DNA of 64,000 bases from contig CAYVRK010000014.1 in the NCBI GenBank assembly GCA_964453785.1, forward strand, positions 8,868-72,867. The letters run 5' to 3'. A program made the translations under genes and the position numbers. The notes below the pieces were generated by a model that made no database searches, was not told where the DNA came from, and saw only the letters and a list, made by a program, of their open reading frames with translations. Position 1 is the first letter of the stretch, and each line of letters begins with the position of its first letter. This DNA is from an uncultured Bacteroides sp. Its GTDB lineage: Bacteria > Bacteroidota > Bacteroidia > Bacteroidales > GCA-2748055. Shown here one piece after another: positions 19,718-28,964 of the stretch.

Positions 19718-19745
19718 AAGACAACACCGGAAAAAAGAAGTTGCA
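19718..19745 (-). promoter_or_regulatory. ECF-type promoter TGCAAC-N16-TGTCTT internal to the sigma operon
   Basis: Same architecture as the two other copies; ends 25 nt before ATG 19692. Confidence 0.55.
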
Positions 19746-19756
19746 TCAAATGTGCA

Positions 19757-20863
19757 TTATTCTGTTCTGTTCACAGGGGAATCTACCGATAACAGGTTTG
19801 ATTTAAACCGAAATCCTGAAATTTCTCCGTCTTCATTCCTGGAAAGATCCAATGATAATTCCGATCTGGTCAGGCGGTTAATTCCATGGACTCCAGCACT
19901 GGCAACGGTCAGAAGAGAAAGATCCTTCTCTTTTATAAAGTCCCTGTAAGTTTGCCTCAGACCCTTTTCAGAAAGCTGGGCCCAGGTCAAACTGCCGGAC
20001 TGGTTAGAAAAAGGTGGCAGATCAAGTGAAACAATCCGGTCATACTGCCCTGCTTCTATAGCTTTCGGGTAAGATTGCATCATACCAAACTTCAAAGGCC
20101 TGGTCTGTATCTTTTCTTCATCAATGATCCGGGAGGCAGAGTCTGATTTTAAACCTGTTTGAACCGGATCTTGATTTTCTCCTGTCAACTCAGGAGGGTC
20201 CTGGTGTTTCTTAATGGAAAACGTTACCGGTTCACTGGCAAGGATTACCGGATCCACAGAAGGTTCCTGCTGTTTCGTCTTTCCTTTGTCTTCAAAGGCT
20301 GTGGGGTCATCCACAGCGTCAACAATAATCTCGCGGCTGGTCCCTGCCGGATCTGTCAGGACAGGGTTGATCCTGAACAGGGTAATAATCATGGCCAGAG
20401 CCGCCGCTGTTGAGATTACACTGATCCAGATCATCCTGCTCCTGCGTACCGGTGTTTTGATCAATTGGTGTTTTCTGCCGTAAAGGATTACTTCACCGGT
20501 AAGCCGGGTTTTTTGCCAGGCCTCCCATTCTTTTTTCCTGGCCCCATCCGCAGCCACCAGACGATCATGATCCGCCTCCTGGGCCGGAGTAAGATCTCCT
20601 TCAAGCCTGGCGATTGAAAACAGGTCAAAATTGGATGGGGTTAAAGGGGTCGAAGAATCCGGAAGCTCTTTCTTCAGCCCTGCTTTTCCCTTAAAAACGA
20701 TTGTGCCTGATGCAAGATTCCAGGTCTGTTCCCCGATGAATCCTTCATCACAATCGGGATGCAACAGCAAAAAATCACGAACCTGCTGCGACTCTTCCGC
20801 AGTCAGCCTGCCTTCCATCAGGTCGAGGAGGTACTCTTCGTAATTATTTCTGTTGATATCCAT
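19757..20863 (-). CDS. Putative membrane anti-sigma factor
   Basis: Directly after the ECF sigma; N-terminal INRNNYEEYLLDLMEG.L, single TM (WISVISTAAALAMIITLF), periplasmic C-terminus. Confidence 0.7.
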   Translation of the reverse strand: MDINRNNYEEYLLDLMEGRLTAEESQQVRDFLLLHPDCDEGFIGEQTWNLASGTIVFKGKAGLKKELPDSSTPLTPSNFDLFSIARLEGDLTPAQEADHDRLVAADGARKKEWEAWQKTRLTGEVILYGRKHQLIKTPVRRSRMIWISVISTAAALAMIITLFRINPVLTDPAGTSREIIVDAVDDPTAFEDKGKTKQQEPSVDPVILASEPVTFSIKKHQDPPELTGENQDPVQTGLKSDSASRIIDEEKIQTRPLKFGMMQSYPKAIEAGQYDRIVSLDLPPFSNQSGSLTWAQLSEKGLRQTYRDFIKEKDLSLLTVASAGVHGINRLTRSELSLDLSRNEDGEISGFRFKSNLLSVDSPVNRTE

Positions 20864-20869
20864 TGTTAT

Positions 20870-21355
20870 TTAAATGACCTGTTCAATGCTGCCGATATAG
20901 TTCTTCAGGTAGACCCTGGCTCTGTATATGTAAACCTTTACCTGTGATTCTGACAGACCTGTTATATCTGCAATCTCCCTGTATGCGTATCCTTCATAAT
21001 CCCTAAGCATCACCACTGCCTTCTGATCTTCCGGCAAATTTCCCACTGCGATCTCAAGCAATTCAGTCAGGTCCGAATAGTGGGAAGAATGGGAAGGTTC
21101 TATCCCTTCTCCCGGATCAAACCCGACGTATCTCTTCTCTTTCCTGATGTAGTCTATCATGGTGTGATAAGCGCTTGTAAAGAGATAGGTTTTCACCTTC
21201 AGTACAGAAACAGCTTCCAGCTTCACCCACAGTTTCTCAAATGTCTCCTGAACAATATCTTCAGACAAATGCACATCTTTCAGGTTCTTCAGAACAAACC
21301 TGTACAGATTATCGGCATATGATTCCACTGCCTTGTTGTAATCCTCTACCGTCAT
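20870..21355 (-). CDS. ECF RNA polymerase sigma factor
   Basis: Region 2 LYRF...EDIVQETFEKLW..KTYLF..AYHTMID; region 4 LPEDQKAVVMLRDYEGY.Y.EIA.ITG.S...VK..IYRAR. Confidence 0.95.
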   Translation of the reverse strand: MTVEDYNKAVESYADNLYRFVLKNLKDVHLSEDIVQETFEKLWVKLEAVSVLKVKTYLFTSAYHTMIDYIRKEKRYVGFDPGEGIEPSHSSHYSDLTELLEIAVGNLPEDQKAVVMLRDYEGYAYREIADITGLSESQVKVYIYRARVYLKNYIGSIEQVI

Positions 21356-21379
21356 GAATACCCTTTACTTGGCGTGAAT

Positions 21380-21407
21380 AAGACGAACCAGTAGCGTGAA
21401 AGTTACA
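21380..21407 (-). promoter_or_regulatory. ECF autoregulatory promoter TGTAAC-N16-CGTCTT
   Basis: Lies 24 nt upstream of the sigma ATG; ECF genes commonly carry their own promoter. Confidence 0.7.
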
Positions 21408-21460
21408 GGGAAAAATCAAAAAAAATCAAAAAAAGCTTGACTTTCGGGTTTAAAAATACT

Positions 21461-21484
21461 TATTTTTGACTAAACGTTCAGTCA
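21461..21484 (+). promoter_or_regulatory. Sigma-A -7 element (21461-21468) overlapped by an 18-bp TetR operator palindrome (21467-21484)
   Basis: TATTTTTG plus TGACTAAACGTTCAGTCA (8 of 9 pairs complementary), just before the TetR ATG. Confidence 0.75.
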
Positions 21485-21492
21485 TAAACACA

Positions 21493-22086
21493 ATGTCACC
21501 ACGAACGGAGGAACAATTCGAAGAGATACGTGAAGCACGCCGTCTTCAGATCATGGAAACGGCACTGAAACTGTTTGCCCTGGAGGGATACGGACATTGT
21601 TCTATCTCCATGTTGTCGAAGGAAGCAGGCATATCCAAGGGGTTGATGTACAACTACTTTGAAAGCAAAGCAGCTCTTCTGGCAGCCATCGTTGAACATG
21701 GAATGAATGAAATTACAGAGCTCTTTGATCCTGATCATGACGGTGTTCTTACCACTGAAGAGTTTTCAGCCTTCATCCACAAAATCTTCACGACCATTCG
21801 CGGTCATCAGGAATATTGGATCCTGTTTTACAGTGTTATTATACAGCCCCGGGTCAAAGAGCATTTGAAAAATGAAACCTTTGCCCTTTATATGGATACA
21901 TTCTTTACCATGATGGTCAACTATTTTGAGAGGCGGAATTTCGAAAATCCACTCCTGGAGGTGTTCACTTTTTCTGCCCTCATTGAAGGATTTGGGGCTT
22001 TGCTTATCTATGCCTACGAGGCGTTCGAAATTCCTGATGAGTTAATCGTTCAATTTGAAAACCGCATCATTGAGATGTATACATAA
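21493..22086 (+). CDS. TetR/AcrR family regulator
   Basis: MSPRT.EQFEEIRE.RR.QI...AL.LF...GY...SI..L..EAGISKGL.YNYF.SK HTH. Confidence 0.93.
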   Translation: MSPRTEEQFEEIREARRLQIMETALKLFALEGYGHCSISMLSKEAGISKGLMYNYFESKAALLAAIVEHGMNEITELFDPDHDGVLTTEEFSAFIHKIFTTIRGHQEYWILFYSVIIQPRVKEHLKNETFALYMDTFFTMMVNYFERRNFENPLLEVFTFSALIEGFGALLIYAYEAFEIPDELIVQFENRIIEMYT

Positions 22087-22102
22087 TATAAACACTGAAT
22101 CC

Positions 22103-22864
22103 ATGAAAACGAAAATCGCAATCATCCTTTTCCTGCATATTTCAGGCATCATCATCCCGGCCCTGGGTCAGGAACTTTCACCAAAGGAGATCATTAGAAA
22201 GGCTAATGAAAGGTTTAATGGTGAAAAGACCAGCATCAGCCTGATGGCCATGACCATCGTCAGGCCTACCTGGGAAAGAACCCTGGAATTTAAAAACTGG
22301 AACAGCGGCAGTGATCTGGCCCTTACCCTGATCACCGCCCCGGCCAGGGATAATGGCCAGACATTTCTGAAAAGGGAAAATGAGATGTGGAACTGGAATC
22401 CCACCATCAGCAGGCTGATCAAGCTGCCCCCTTCCATGATGTCCCAGGGCTGGATGGGATCAGATTATACCAACGATGATATTTTGAAGGAATCCTCTGT
22501 GGTCAATGATTATACACATGAGATGATGGGTGAAGAGGAATTTGGGGGGCGATTGTGCTACAAGATAAAAATGGTCGCTAAAGAGGATGCGGCTGTGATC
22601 TGGGGCCACCAGGTGCGCTGGATCGATAAAAAGGATTTCATTTTTATGAAATCTGAACTCTATGATGAAGATGGTTACCTGGTCCGCACCGAAATCGGGA
22701 AGGAGATTAAAATGATGGACGGACGCTTGATCCCTACAATATTAGAACTGATCCCTGCCGAAGAAGAAAACCAAAAAACTATTATTGAGATCAGGGAGAT
22801 TCAATTCAATGTGCCCATCCAGGAGAACTTTTTTTCCCAGCAGAACATGAAACGGATCCGTTAA
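22103..22864 (+). CDS. Outer-membrane lipoprotein-sorting (LolA-like) periplasmic protein
   Basis: Signal peptide; M.IVRP.W.R, ITAPARD.G..FLK, W.W.P.I.R.IK.PPSMMSQ.WMGSD.TNDD motifs. Confidence 0.85.
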   Translation: MKTKIAIILFLHISGIIIPALGQELSPKEIIRKANERFNGEKTSISLMAMTIVRPTWERTLEFKNWNSGSDLALTLITAPARDNGQTFLKRENEMWNWNPTISRLIKLPPSMMSQGWMGSDYTNDDILKESSVVNDYTHEMMGEEEFGGRLCYKIKMVAKEDAAVIWGHQVRWIDKKDFIFMKSELYDEDGYLVRTEIGKEIKMMDGRLIPTILELIPAEEENQKTIIEIREIQFNVPIQENFFSQQNMKRIR

Positions 22865-22888
22865 TTCATCCCTTACAAATAAACTGTT

Positions 22889-24304
22889 ATGAACAACATT
22901 ATACTTGCCTGGCGAAACCTCTGGAGGAACAGACGCAGAACGCTGATCACCTCAGCCTCGGTATTCTTTGCTGTTTTATTTGCACTGTTCATGAGATCGT
23001 TACAGCTTGGTTCATACGATCATATGTACAAAAATGTAATTGAATCCTATACAGGATACATCCAGGTTCAACAAAAAGATTTCTGGGAGGACAAGATCGT
23101 GGACAATAGCTTTCCATATGATCTGCAGCTGGATCAGAAAATCCTCGAAGACGAAAATGTAGTGGCCACCATTCCCCGCTTTGAATCTTTCGCCCTGGCC
23201 TCCAATGGGCCCCAGACCAAAGGTGTGCTGGTGATGGGGGTGGATCCTGAAAAAGAGAAAAACCTGTCGAAAGTAAGAGATCGAATGGTAAAATACCGGC
23301 TTACTCCCGAAGCCATTGACCGGATCAAACAGGATCCCGGTATTCCCGCAAAAGTGAAGGAATTGACAGAATTATTCGAAAACTCTGCCTACACCAATGC
23401 ATCCAGGTTGCAGCTCGACCTGGGAATTACAGACAAGGATGCCCCGGACATCATGCCTGCCGTTGAAAGACATTCTCATTTTGAAAATGGTGCCATTCAG
23501 CTTGGTGAACCAGGCGTATGGGTGGGAGATAAATTGTCAGAGTACCTGCAACTGGGGATCGGGGATACCATTGTCCTGATCAGCCAGGGATATCACGCAT
23601 CCACTGCTGCCGGAAAATATGAAATCAAGGGAATTGTAAAGCTTCCCCTTCCCGATATTGACAACAAAATTGTCTACCTGCCCCTTGATATCTGCCAGGG
23701 ACTTTTCAATGCAGAGAACAACCTGACATCCCTCGCGCTGGCGGTGAATGATAACGAGGATAAAGCAATCCTTGAAACCATGAACCGGATCAAATCCTTG
23801 CTATCCCCAGAGTTACGGCTCATGGAATGGCGGGAGATGAATGAAGTGATGGTTTCCCAGATGGATGCAGATAACAAAAGCGGGATGATCATGATCGGGA
23901 TTCTTTACCTGGTGATTGCTTTTGGTGTCTTTGGAACGGTGCTGATGCTAACAGCAGAGCGAAAAAGGGAGTTCGGCGTTCTGGTGGCCATCGGTATGCA
24001 AAAAAAGAAACTGGCATCCATCATGACCATTGAAATGCTGCTCATCGGATTCCTTGGCATTATTTCAGGTTCCCTAATCGCTTCTGCCATTATCCTTTAT
24101 GGAGTGGACCACCCCCTGGTTTTCAAAGGCGAATTTGCCAAAATGTTCGAGGAGTATGGAATGGAACCCATGATGGCCTTTACAGGGATCGATACCTATT
24201 TTATCTGGCAGGTGGTTATCGTGGCAATGATGGTTTTCCTCGCCATCGGATATCCGGTGAGAAAGATTTTCGGAATGAAAGTAGTAAACGCTTTAAAAGC
24301 ATAA
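22889..24304 (+). CDS. MacB/LolE/FtsX-type ABC permease with an inserted helical segment
   Basis: LAWRNLWRNRRRT, large periplasmic loop, ER.REFG.L.AIGM, four TMs. Confidence 0.9.
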   Translation: MNNIILAWRNLWRNRRRTLITSASVFFAVLFALFMRSLQLGSYDHMYKNVIESYTGYIQVQQKDFWEDKIVDNSFPYDLQLDQKILEDENVVATIPRFESFALASNGPQTKGVLVMGVDPEKEKNLSKVRDRMVKYRLTPEAIDRIKQDPGIPAKVKELTELFENSAYTNASRLQLDLGITDKDAPDIMPAVERHSHFENGAIQLGEPGVWVGDKLSEYLQLGIGDTIVLISQGYHASTAAGKYEIKGIVKLPLPDIDNKIVYLPLDICQGLFNAENNLTSLALAVNDNEDKAILETMNRIKSLLSPELRLMEWREMNEVMVSQMDADNKSGMIMIGILYLVIAFGVFGTVLMLTAERKREFGVLVAIGMQKKKLASIMTIEMLLIGFLGIISGSLIASAIILYGVDHPLVFKGEFAKMFEEYGMEPMMAFTGIDTYFIWQVVIVAMMVFLAIGYPVRKIFGMKVVNALKA

Positions 24305-24315
24305 ATAACAGCATC

Positions 24316-25743
24316 ATGATCTGGAAAACAGCATGGAAAAATGTTTGGCGGAATAAAGTCCGCAGCCTGGTGGTGATCATCTCGGTGACCATCGGCATAT
24401 TCGGCGGCGTTTTTGCAGTGGCTATCATGAACGGGGCTATTGCACAGCGTGTTGATGCAGCCCTGAACCAGGAAATCTCGCATATACACATCAACGACAA
24501 AGCATTCCGCGATAATTACGATATACAGCTTACCATACCTGACGGTGAGCAAATCCTCAAAGAGATTGAAGAAATGCCCGGAGTATCAGCAGTAGCTCCC
24601 AGAATACAGATAACCGGTATGGCCAGTACAGCCACTAAAAGTGCCGGTGTTGAAATCATCGGCATCGATCCTGAGCGGGAAAAGAAAGTGTTGAATTTAT
24701 ATGATACCACCATACCCGGAACAGGAGATTTTTTCGAATCTGAAAGCAGCAGCTTAACCGCATACATCGGTCAGGAACTTGCCAAGGAGTTGAATATTAT
24801 CCGATACATAGTGGATGAGGATGTCCTGGCTGCTTTGACTGGAAAGGAGGTCCCCGGAGAAGTACTGAATAAGCTGACTCCTTTTGTGGGTATACGTTTC
24901 AAAAACGAAAAGGCATTCAAAAAAGCGCTGAAGGGATCGCTTACCCTGAAGGAGCAGCGCAATTTTGGAAAATCAATCAGGGATGCTGCCTGGTCGTTTC
25001 GCAGCCGGTCCAAAATGACACTTACCTTCCTGGACAAAACCCAGATGCAAACCGGGGCTGTGTTCCGGATCGCCGGTATTTATGATGTTAGGAACAGTAT
25101 GTTTGAAATGAGCCAGGTGTTTGTTAAAAATGAAGACCTGATCCCACTCACCGGCATGGCCCCCGGAGAATTTCACCAGCTCGTGGTCAGAATTGATGAC
25201 CTGGAAGCCACCGAAGAAATCACCGCTGCCCTGAAAGACAAACTCCCGGACCTTGAAGTAATGGACTGGAAGGAGATCCAACCCGACCTGGCCATGATGA
25301 CCGATATGGTTCAGCGGTTCTATGCTTTTTTCATGGTCATTATCCTGGCAGCCCTTGCTTTTGGCATCGTAAACACCATGCTGATGGTGGTGCTCGAGCG
25401 AACCAAGGAGCTGGGAATGCTCACCGCCATCGGGATGAACAAAAAACGGGTATTCAGCATGATCATGCTTGAATCTGTTTTCCTCTCCCTTGTGGGAGGT
25501 GTATTGGGAATGATCATCAGTCAGGTTCTGATTGGGATAACCGCGAGAAACGGGATCAACTTCTCCAATTACCAGGAGGGCCTTGAAGCATTGGGTTATA
25601 CTTCTCACATTTACCCGGCTATTTCCATGCCTTTTTTCATTACTGTCACCGTGTTGATCATCCTTACCGGAATCCTCTCGTCCATTTACCCTGCTTTGAA
25701 AGCCCTGAAGCTGGATCCGGCAGAGGCCCTGAGAACAGATTAA
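24316..25743 (+). CDS. Second MacB/LolE/FtsX-type ABC permease with an inserted helical segment
   Basis: AWKNVWRNKVRS, NTMLM.VLERTKELGML.AIGM, YPALKALKLDPAEAL. Confidence 0.9.
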   Translation: MIWKTAWKNVWRNKVRSLVVIISVTIGIFGGVFAVAIMNGAIAQRVDAALNQEISHIHINDKAFRDNYDIQLTIPDGEQILKEIEEMPGVSAVAPRIQITGMASTATKSAGVEIIGIDPEREKKVLNLYDTTIPGTGDFFESESSSLTAYIGQELAKELNIIRYIVDEDVLAALTGKEVPGEVLNKLTPFVGIRFKNEKAFKKALKGSLTLKEQRNFGKSIRDAAWSFRSRSKMTLTFLDKTQMQTGAVFRIAGIYDVRNSMFEMSQVFVKNEDLIPLTGMAPGEFHQLVVRIDDLEATEEITAALKDKLPDLEVMDWKEIQPDLAMMTDMVQRFYAFFMVIILAALAFGIVNTMLMVVLERTKELGMLTAIGMNKKRVFSMIMLESVFLSLVGGVLGMIISQVLIGITARNGINFSNYQEGLEALGYTSHIYPAISMPFFITVTVLIILTGILSSIYPALKALKLDPAEALRTD

Positions 25744-25773
25744 TTTATTAAACCAATAATAGATATAACAGCT

Positions 25774-26460
25774 ATGAAAGTATTAGAAATTAAGAACGTA
25801 CACAAAATATACAACAGTTCTGAAGTCAAGGTACACGCAGTCAACGGAGTCAATCTTGAGTTCGAAAAAGGTGAATTTGCTGCCATCGTGGGGCCTTCCG
25901 GATCGGGCAAAACCACCCTGTTGAATATGATCGGCGGACTGGACACTCCCACCCAGGGAGAAATTTTGGTGGACAATACAAACCTGGCAGGCCTGAAGTC
26001 CTCAAGGCTCATCGATTTCCGCATGCGCAACATCGGATTTGTATTCCAGTCCTACAACCTGATCCCGGTGCTCACTGCCAAAGAGAATGTTGAATTCATC
26101 ATGAACCTCCAGAAATGGGACAAAAAGGAGCGGGATGAACGTACCTTTGAACTTCTGAAAGCAGTTGGCCTCGAAGACAGGGTGAACAGCAGGCCCTCCA
26201 AACTCTCGGGAGGGCAGCAACAAAGGGTGGCCGTAGCCAGGGCCCTTGCTTCCAAACCCAAATTTGTGCTGGCAGATGAACCCACGGCCAACCTGGATTC
26301 AAAATCCACGGAGACCCTGCTGGACATCATGGAGCATCTCAACAAGGAGGAGGGGATCACCTTTATTTTTTCCACCCATGATGCACGGGTAATGAAAAAA
26401 GCCAGGCGGGTGATCACAATTGAAGACGGGAGGGTCATCTCTGACGAGCGTAAGAATTAA
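25774..26460 (+). CDS. ABC transporter ATP-binding protein (LolD/MacB-like)
   Basis: Walker A GPSGSGKT, LSGGQQQRVAVARAL, LADEPT, STHD. Confidence 0.96.
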   Translation: MKVLEIKNVHKIYNSSEVKVHAVNGVNLEFEKGEFAAIVGPSGSGKTTLLNMIGGLDTPTQGEILVDNTNLAGLKSSRLIDFRMRNIGFVFQSYNLIPVLTAKENVEFIMNLQKWDKKERDERTFELLKAVGLEDRVNSRPSKLSGGQQQRVAVARALASKPKFVLADEPTANLDSKSTETLLDIMEHLNKEEGITFIFSTHDARVMKKARRVITIEDGRVISDERKN

Positions 26461-26463
26461 TCC

Positions 26464-27636
26464 ATGCACCCCCGTTTTTCCCCCATACTGATCCTCTCCA
26501 TGGTCCTGTTTTCAGGATTAAAAGCCCAGGAAAGGGTCTCCCTTACCGGGTACTTTTCAGATATGCAAACTTTGTATCACCTACCGGATCAGTGGCTCTG
26601 GGAAAACAGCCTTCACAACAGGCTTAATCTCCAGTTTTATCCTACCGGCTGGTTATCAGGTACAATCCAGGTAAGAAACCGTTTTATTACAGGTAACACC
26701 ATTTCTAAAATACCCGGCTATGCGGATGGTGCAGGAGGTGACCTGGGGTGGGTTGACATGACCTGGGCCGCAGACGGAAACATGGGAGACAGTGCCGGCT
26801 ATTTGGTCACTTCGGCCATTGACCGCCTGTGGCTCCAGTTTACCTTCGGGAACCTGGAGATCAAAGCGGGACGTCAGCGTATAAACTGGGGGCAGACCTT
26901 TGTATGGAATCCCAACGATATCTTCAATTCCTACTCCTATTTTGAGGTTGATTACCCTGAAAGGCCCGGGAGCGATGCCATCAGACTCCAGTACTATACA
27001 GGCAATGCTTCAACTGTTGAACTGGCTGCCAAACTGGACAGCGCCAACCGGATCACTGCAGCTGGATATTTCCGGTTCAATACGTTCGGTTTTGATGTAC
27101 AACTTCTGGGAGGCATCTACCAGGAAGAGGACCTCATTCTGGGTGCCGGATGGAGTGGAAACCTGGGCCCAACGGCATTCCGGGGCGAACTGAGCTGGTT
27201 CAGGGACCTGGATCATTTCAGTGATACCACAGGCTATTTCATGGCATCAACCGGTTTTGACTATACTTTTTCCAACTCCCTGATAATCCAGGTGGAGGGG
27301 CTCTATTCTGCATTTGCCCGTGAATTGGATATACAAAGTTTCCTTCAATTCTATGCAGGCGACATGGATGTAAAAAGCCTTGGATTTACAGAATGGTCCT
27401 TTTTCGCCAGCCTTTCCTATCCGTTCACACCGCTTTTCAACGGAAGTTTTGCTGCCATTTACTTTCCCGAGTGGCAAGGATTTTACCTGGGACCCTCCTT
27501 TGACCTCTCATTGAACAACAACCTTAGCCTCTCATTGATCCTTCAGCACTTCTCTGCCAGGTTTGACAACCCCCTTTCGGACCCTTCCAGGCAAAACAAT
27601 ACCTTTGGTTTTCTTCGTTTGAAGTGGAATTTTTAA
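26464..27636 (+). CDS. Outer-membrane beta-barrel associated with the ABC operon
   Basis: Signal peptide; DRLW, GRQRINWG...WNP.D.FN, ERPGSDA motifs; terminal LKWNF. Confidence 0.75.
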   Translation: MHPRFSPILILSMVLFSGLKAQERVSLTGYFSDMQTLYHLPDQWLWENSLHNRLNLQFYPTGWLSGTIQVRNRFITGNTISKIPGYADGAGGDLGWVDMTWAADGNMGDSAGYLVTSAIDRLWLQFTFGNLEIKAGRQRINWGQTFVWNPNDIFNSYSYFEVDYPERPGSDAIRLQYYTGNASTVELAAKLDSANRITAAGYFRFNTFGFDVQLLGGIYQEEDLILGAGWSGNLGPTAFRGELSWFRDLDHFSDTTGYFMASTGFDYTFSNSLIIQVEGLYSAFARELDIQSFLQFYAGDMDVKSLGFTEWSFFASLSYPFTPLFNGSFAAIYFPEWQGFYLGPSFDLSLNNNLSLSLILQHFSARFDNPLSDPSRQNNTFGFLRLKWNF

Positions 27637-27746
27637 AGCTTCACATCACTTTTCTGCATTTTTACCAAATTGTTAAAAACTCATCTGCACCCCCATTACA
27701 TTTTGCTATTAATTAGTAATTATCAACCAGTTAGCAAAAGGCATCC

Positions 27747-28172
27747 ATGGAAAACAGCGATTCGAAGGAGTTTGTGGCCAATTTGGATCACAATCAGTAT
27801 CATTGGGACAACAAGGTTGTTCTGATTACAGAAGATGAGGAGGTCAATTTTTTCTATCTGAAGACCATTTTTAAAAAGACAGAGGCGCGAATCCTCCGTG
27901 CAAAAAACGGAAAAGAGGCCGTGGAAATCATTGAACAACACAAGGGAGATATTGATCTGATCCTGATGGATCTGAACATGCCGGTGATGGATGGATACGA
28001 AGCGATGCGGATCATCAAATCCAAACATCCGAAAATTCCAATCATTGCCCAGACAGCTTATACCTTAACTGAAGACCGTCTCAAATGCATGCGGGCGGGG
28101 TTCAACGATTATATTGCAAAGCCCATCAACCGTGTCGCTCTTTTCAGGCTGGTTAACGATAACCTGTCATGA
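27747..28172 (+). CDS. Single-domain response regulator
   Basis: ITEDE, DLILMDLNMPVMDG, IAQTA, YIAKP; no output domain. Confidence 0.92.
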   Translation: MENSDSKEFVANLDHNQYHWDNKVVLITEDEEVNFFYLKTIFKKTEARILRAKNGKEAVEIIEQHKGDIDLILMDLNMPVMDGYEAMRIIKSKHPKIPIIAQTAYTLTEDRLKCMRAGFNDYIAKPINRVALFRLVNDNLS

Positions 28173-28621
28173 AAGCGGTAATACAGCGAGTCACTGATGC
28201 ACACCTGATCATCAACCATAAAAAAGAGTACACCATAGGCATGGGGCTGGTGGTCCTGCTTGGCATTGAAACGGCGGACGAAGCTTCGGACATAGTCTGG
28301 CTGAGCGGCAAAATCAGCAGGTTACGGATCTTCAATGATGAAAAGGGTGTGATGAACCTGTCAGTCACAGACCTGAAAGGTGAGGTAATGATCATCAGTC
28401 AGTTTACCCTCCACGCAAGCACCCGTAAGGGCAACCGGCCGTCTTATATTAAAGCGGCTTCCCCTGAAGTAGCGGTCCCACTGTATAAACAGTTTATAGG
28501 CCAGATGGAAATTGACCTTGGGAAAAAGGTTGTAACTGGCGAATTCGGGGCAAACATGCAGATCAATCTCACAAACGACGGCCCGGTCACCATCCTGATT
28601 GACACAAAAAACAAGGAATAA
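28169..28621 (+). CDS. dtd: D-aminoacyl-tRNA deacylase
   Basis: MKAVIQRV, LRIFND..G.MN, SQFTL, GNRPS, FGA.MQI.L.NDGPVT. Confidence 0.97.
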   Translation: MKAVIQRVTDAHLIINHKKEYTIGMGLVVLLGIETADEASDIVWLSGKISRLRIFNDEKGVMNLSVTDLKGEVMIISQFTLHASTRKGNRPSYIKAASPEVAVPLYKQFIGQMEIDLGKKVVTGEFGANMQINLTNDGPVTILIDTKNKE

Positions 28622-28959
28622 TGACCCTACAGGAAGCGCAGCTAAAGGTCGATACCTGGATCCGCCAATATGGAGTCAGGTATTTCAACGAACTGACCAA
28701 CATGGCCATCCTTACCGAAGAGGTAGGAGAAGTGGCCCGCATTATCGCCCGCACCTACGGTGAACAATCAGCCGGAAAGAATAAGCCGGGGAAAGGTGAT
28801 CTGGCCGATGAACTGGCTGATGTATTGTTCGTGATCATTTGTCTTGCAAACCAGACAGGGACAGACCTGGAAGAAGCCTTTCGGAAGAATCTGCAGAAAA
28901 AAACTTCCCGGGATTTTGACCGTCATCAACAAAATGATAAATTAAGGGGTTCAACCTGA
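28621..28959 (+). CDS. MazG-like nucleotide pyrophosphohydrolase
   Basis: LTEEVGEVARI..R.YGEQ, DELADVLFV..CLANQTG. Confidence 0.9.
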   Translation: MTLQEAQLKVDTWIRQYGVRYFNELTNMAILTEEVGEVARIIARTYGEQSAGKNKPGKGDLADELADVLFVIICLANQTGTDLEEAFRKNLQKKTSRDFDRHQQNDKLRGST

Positions 28960-28964
28960 CAATT

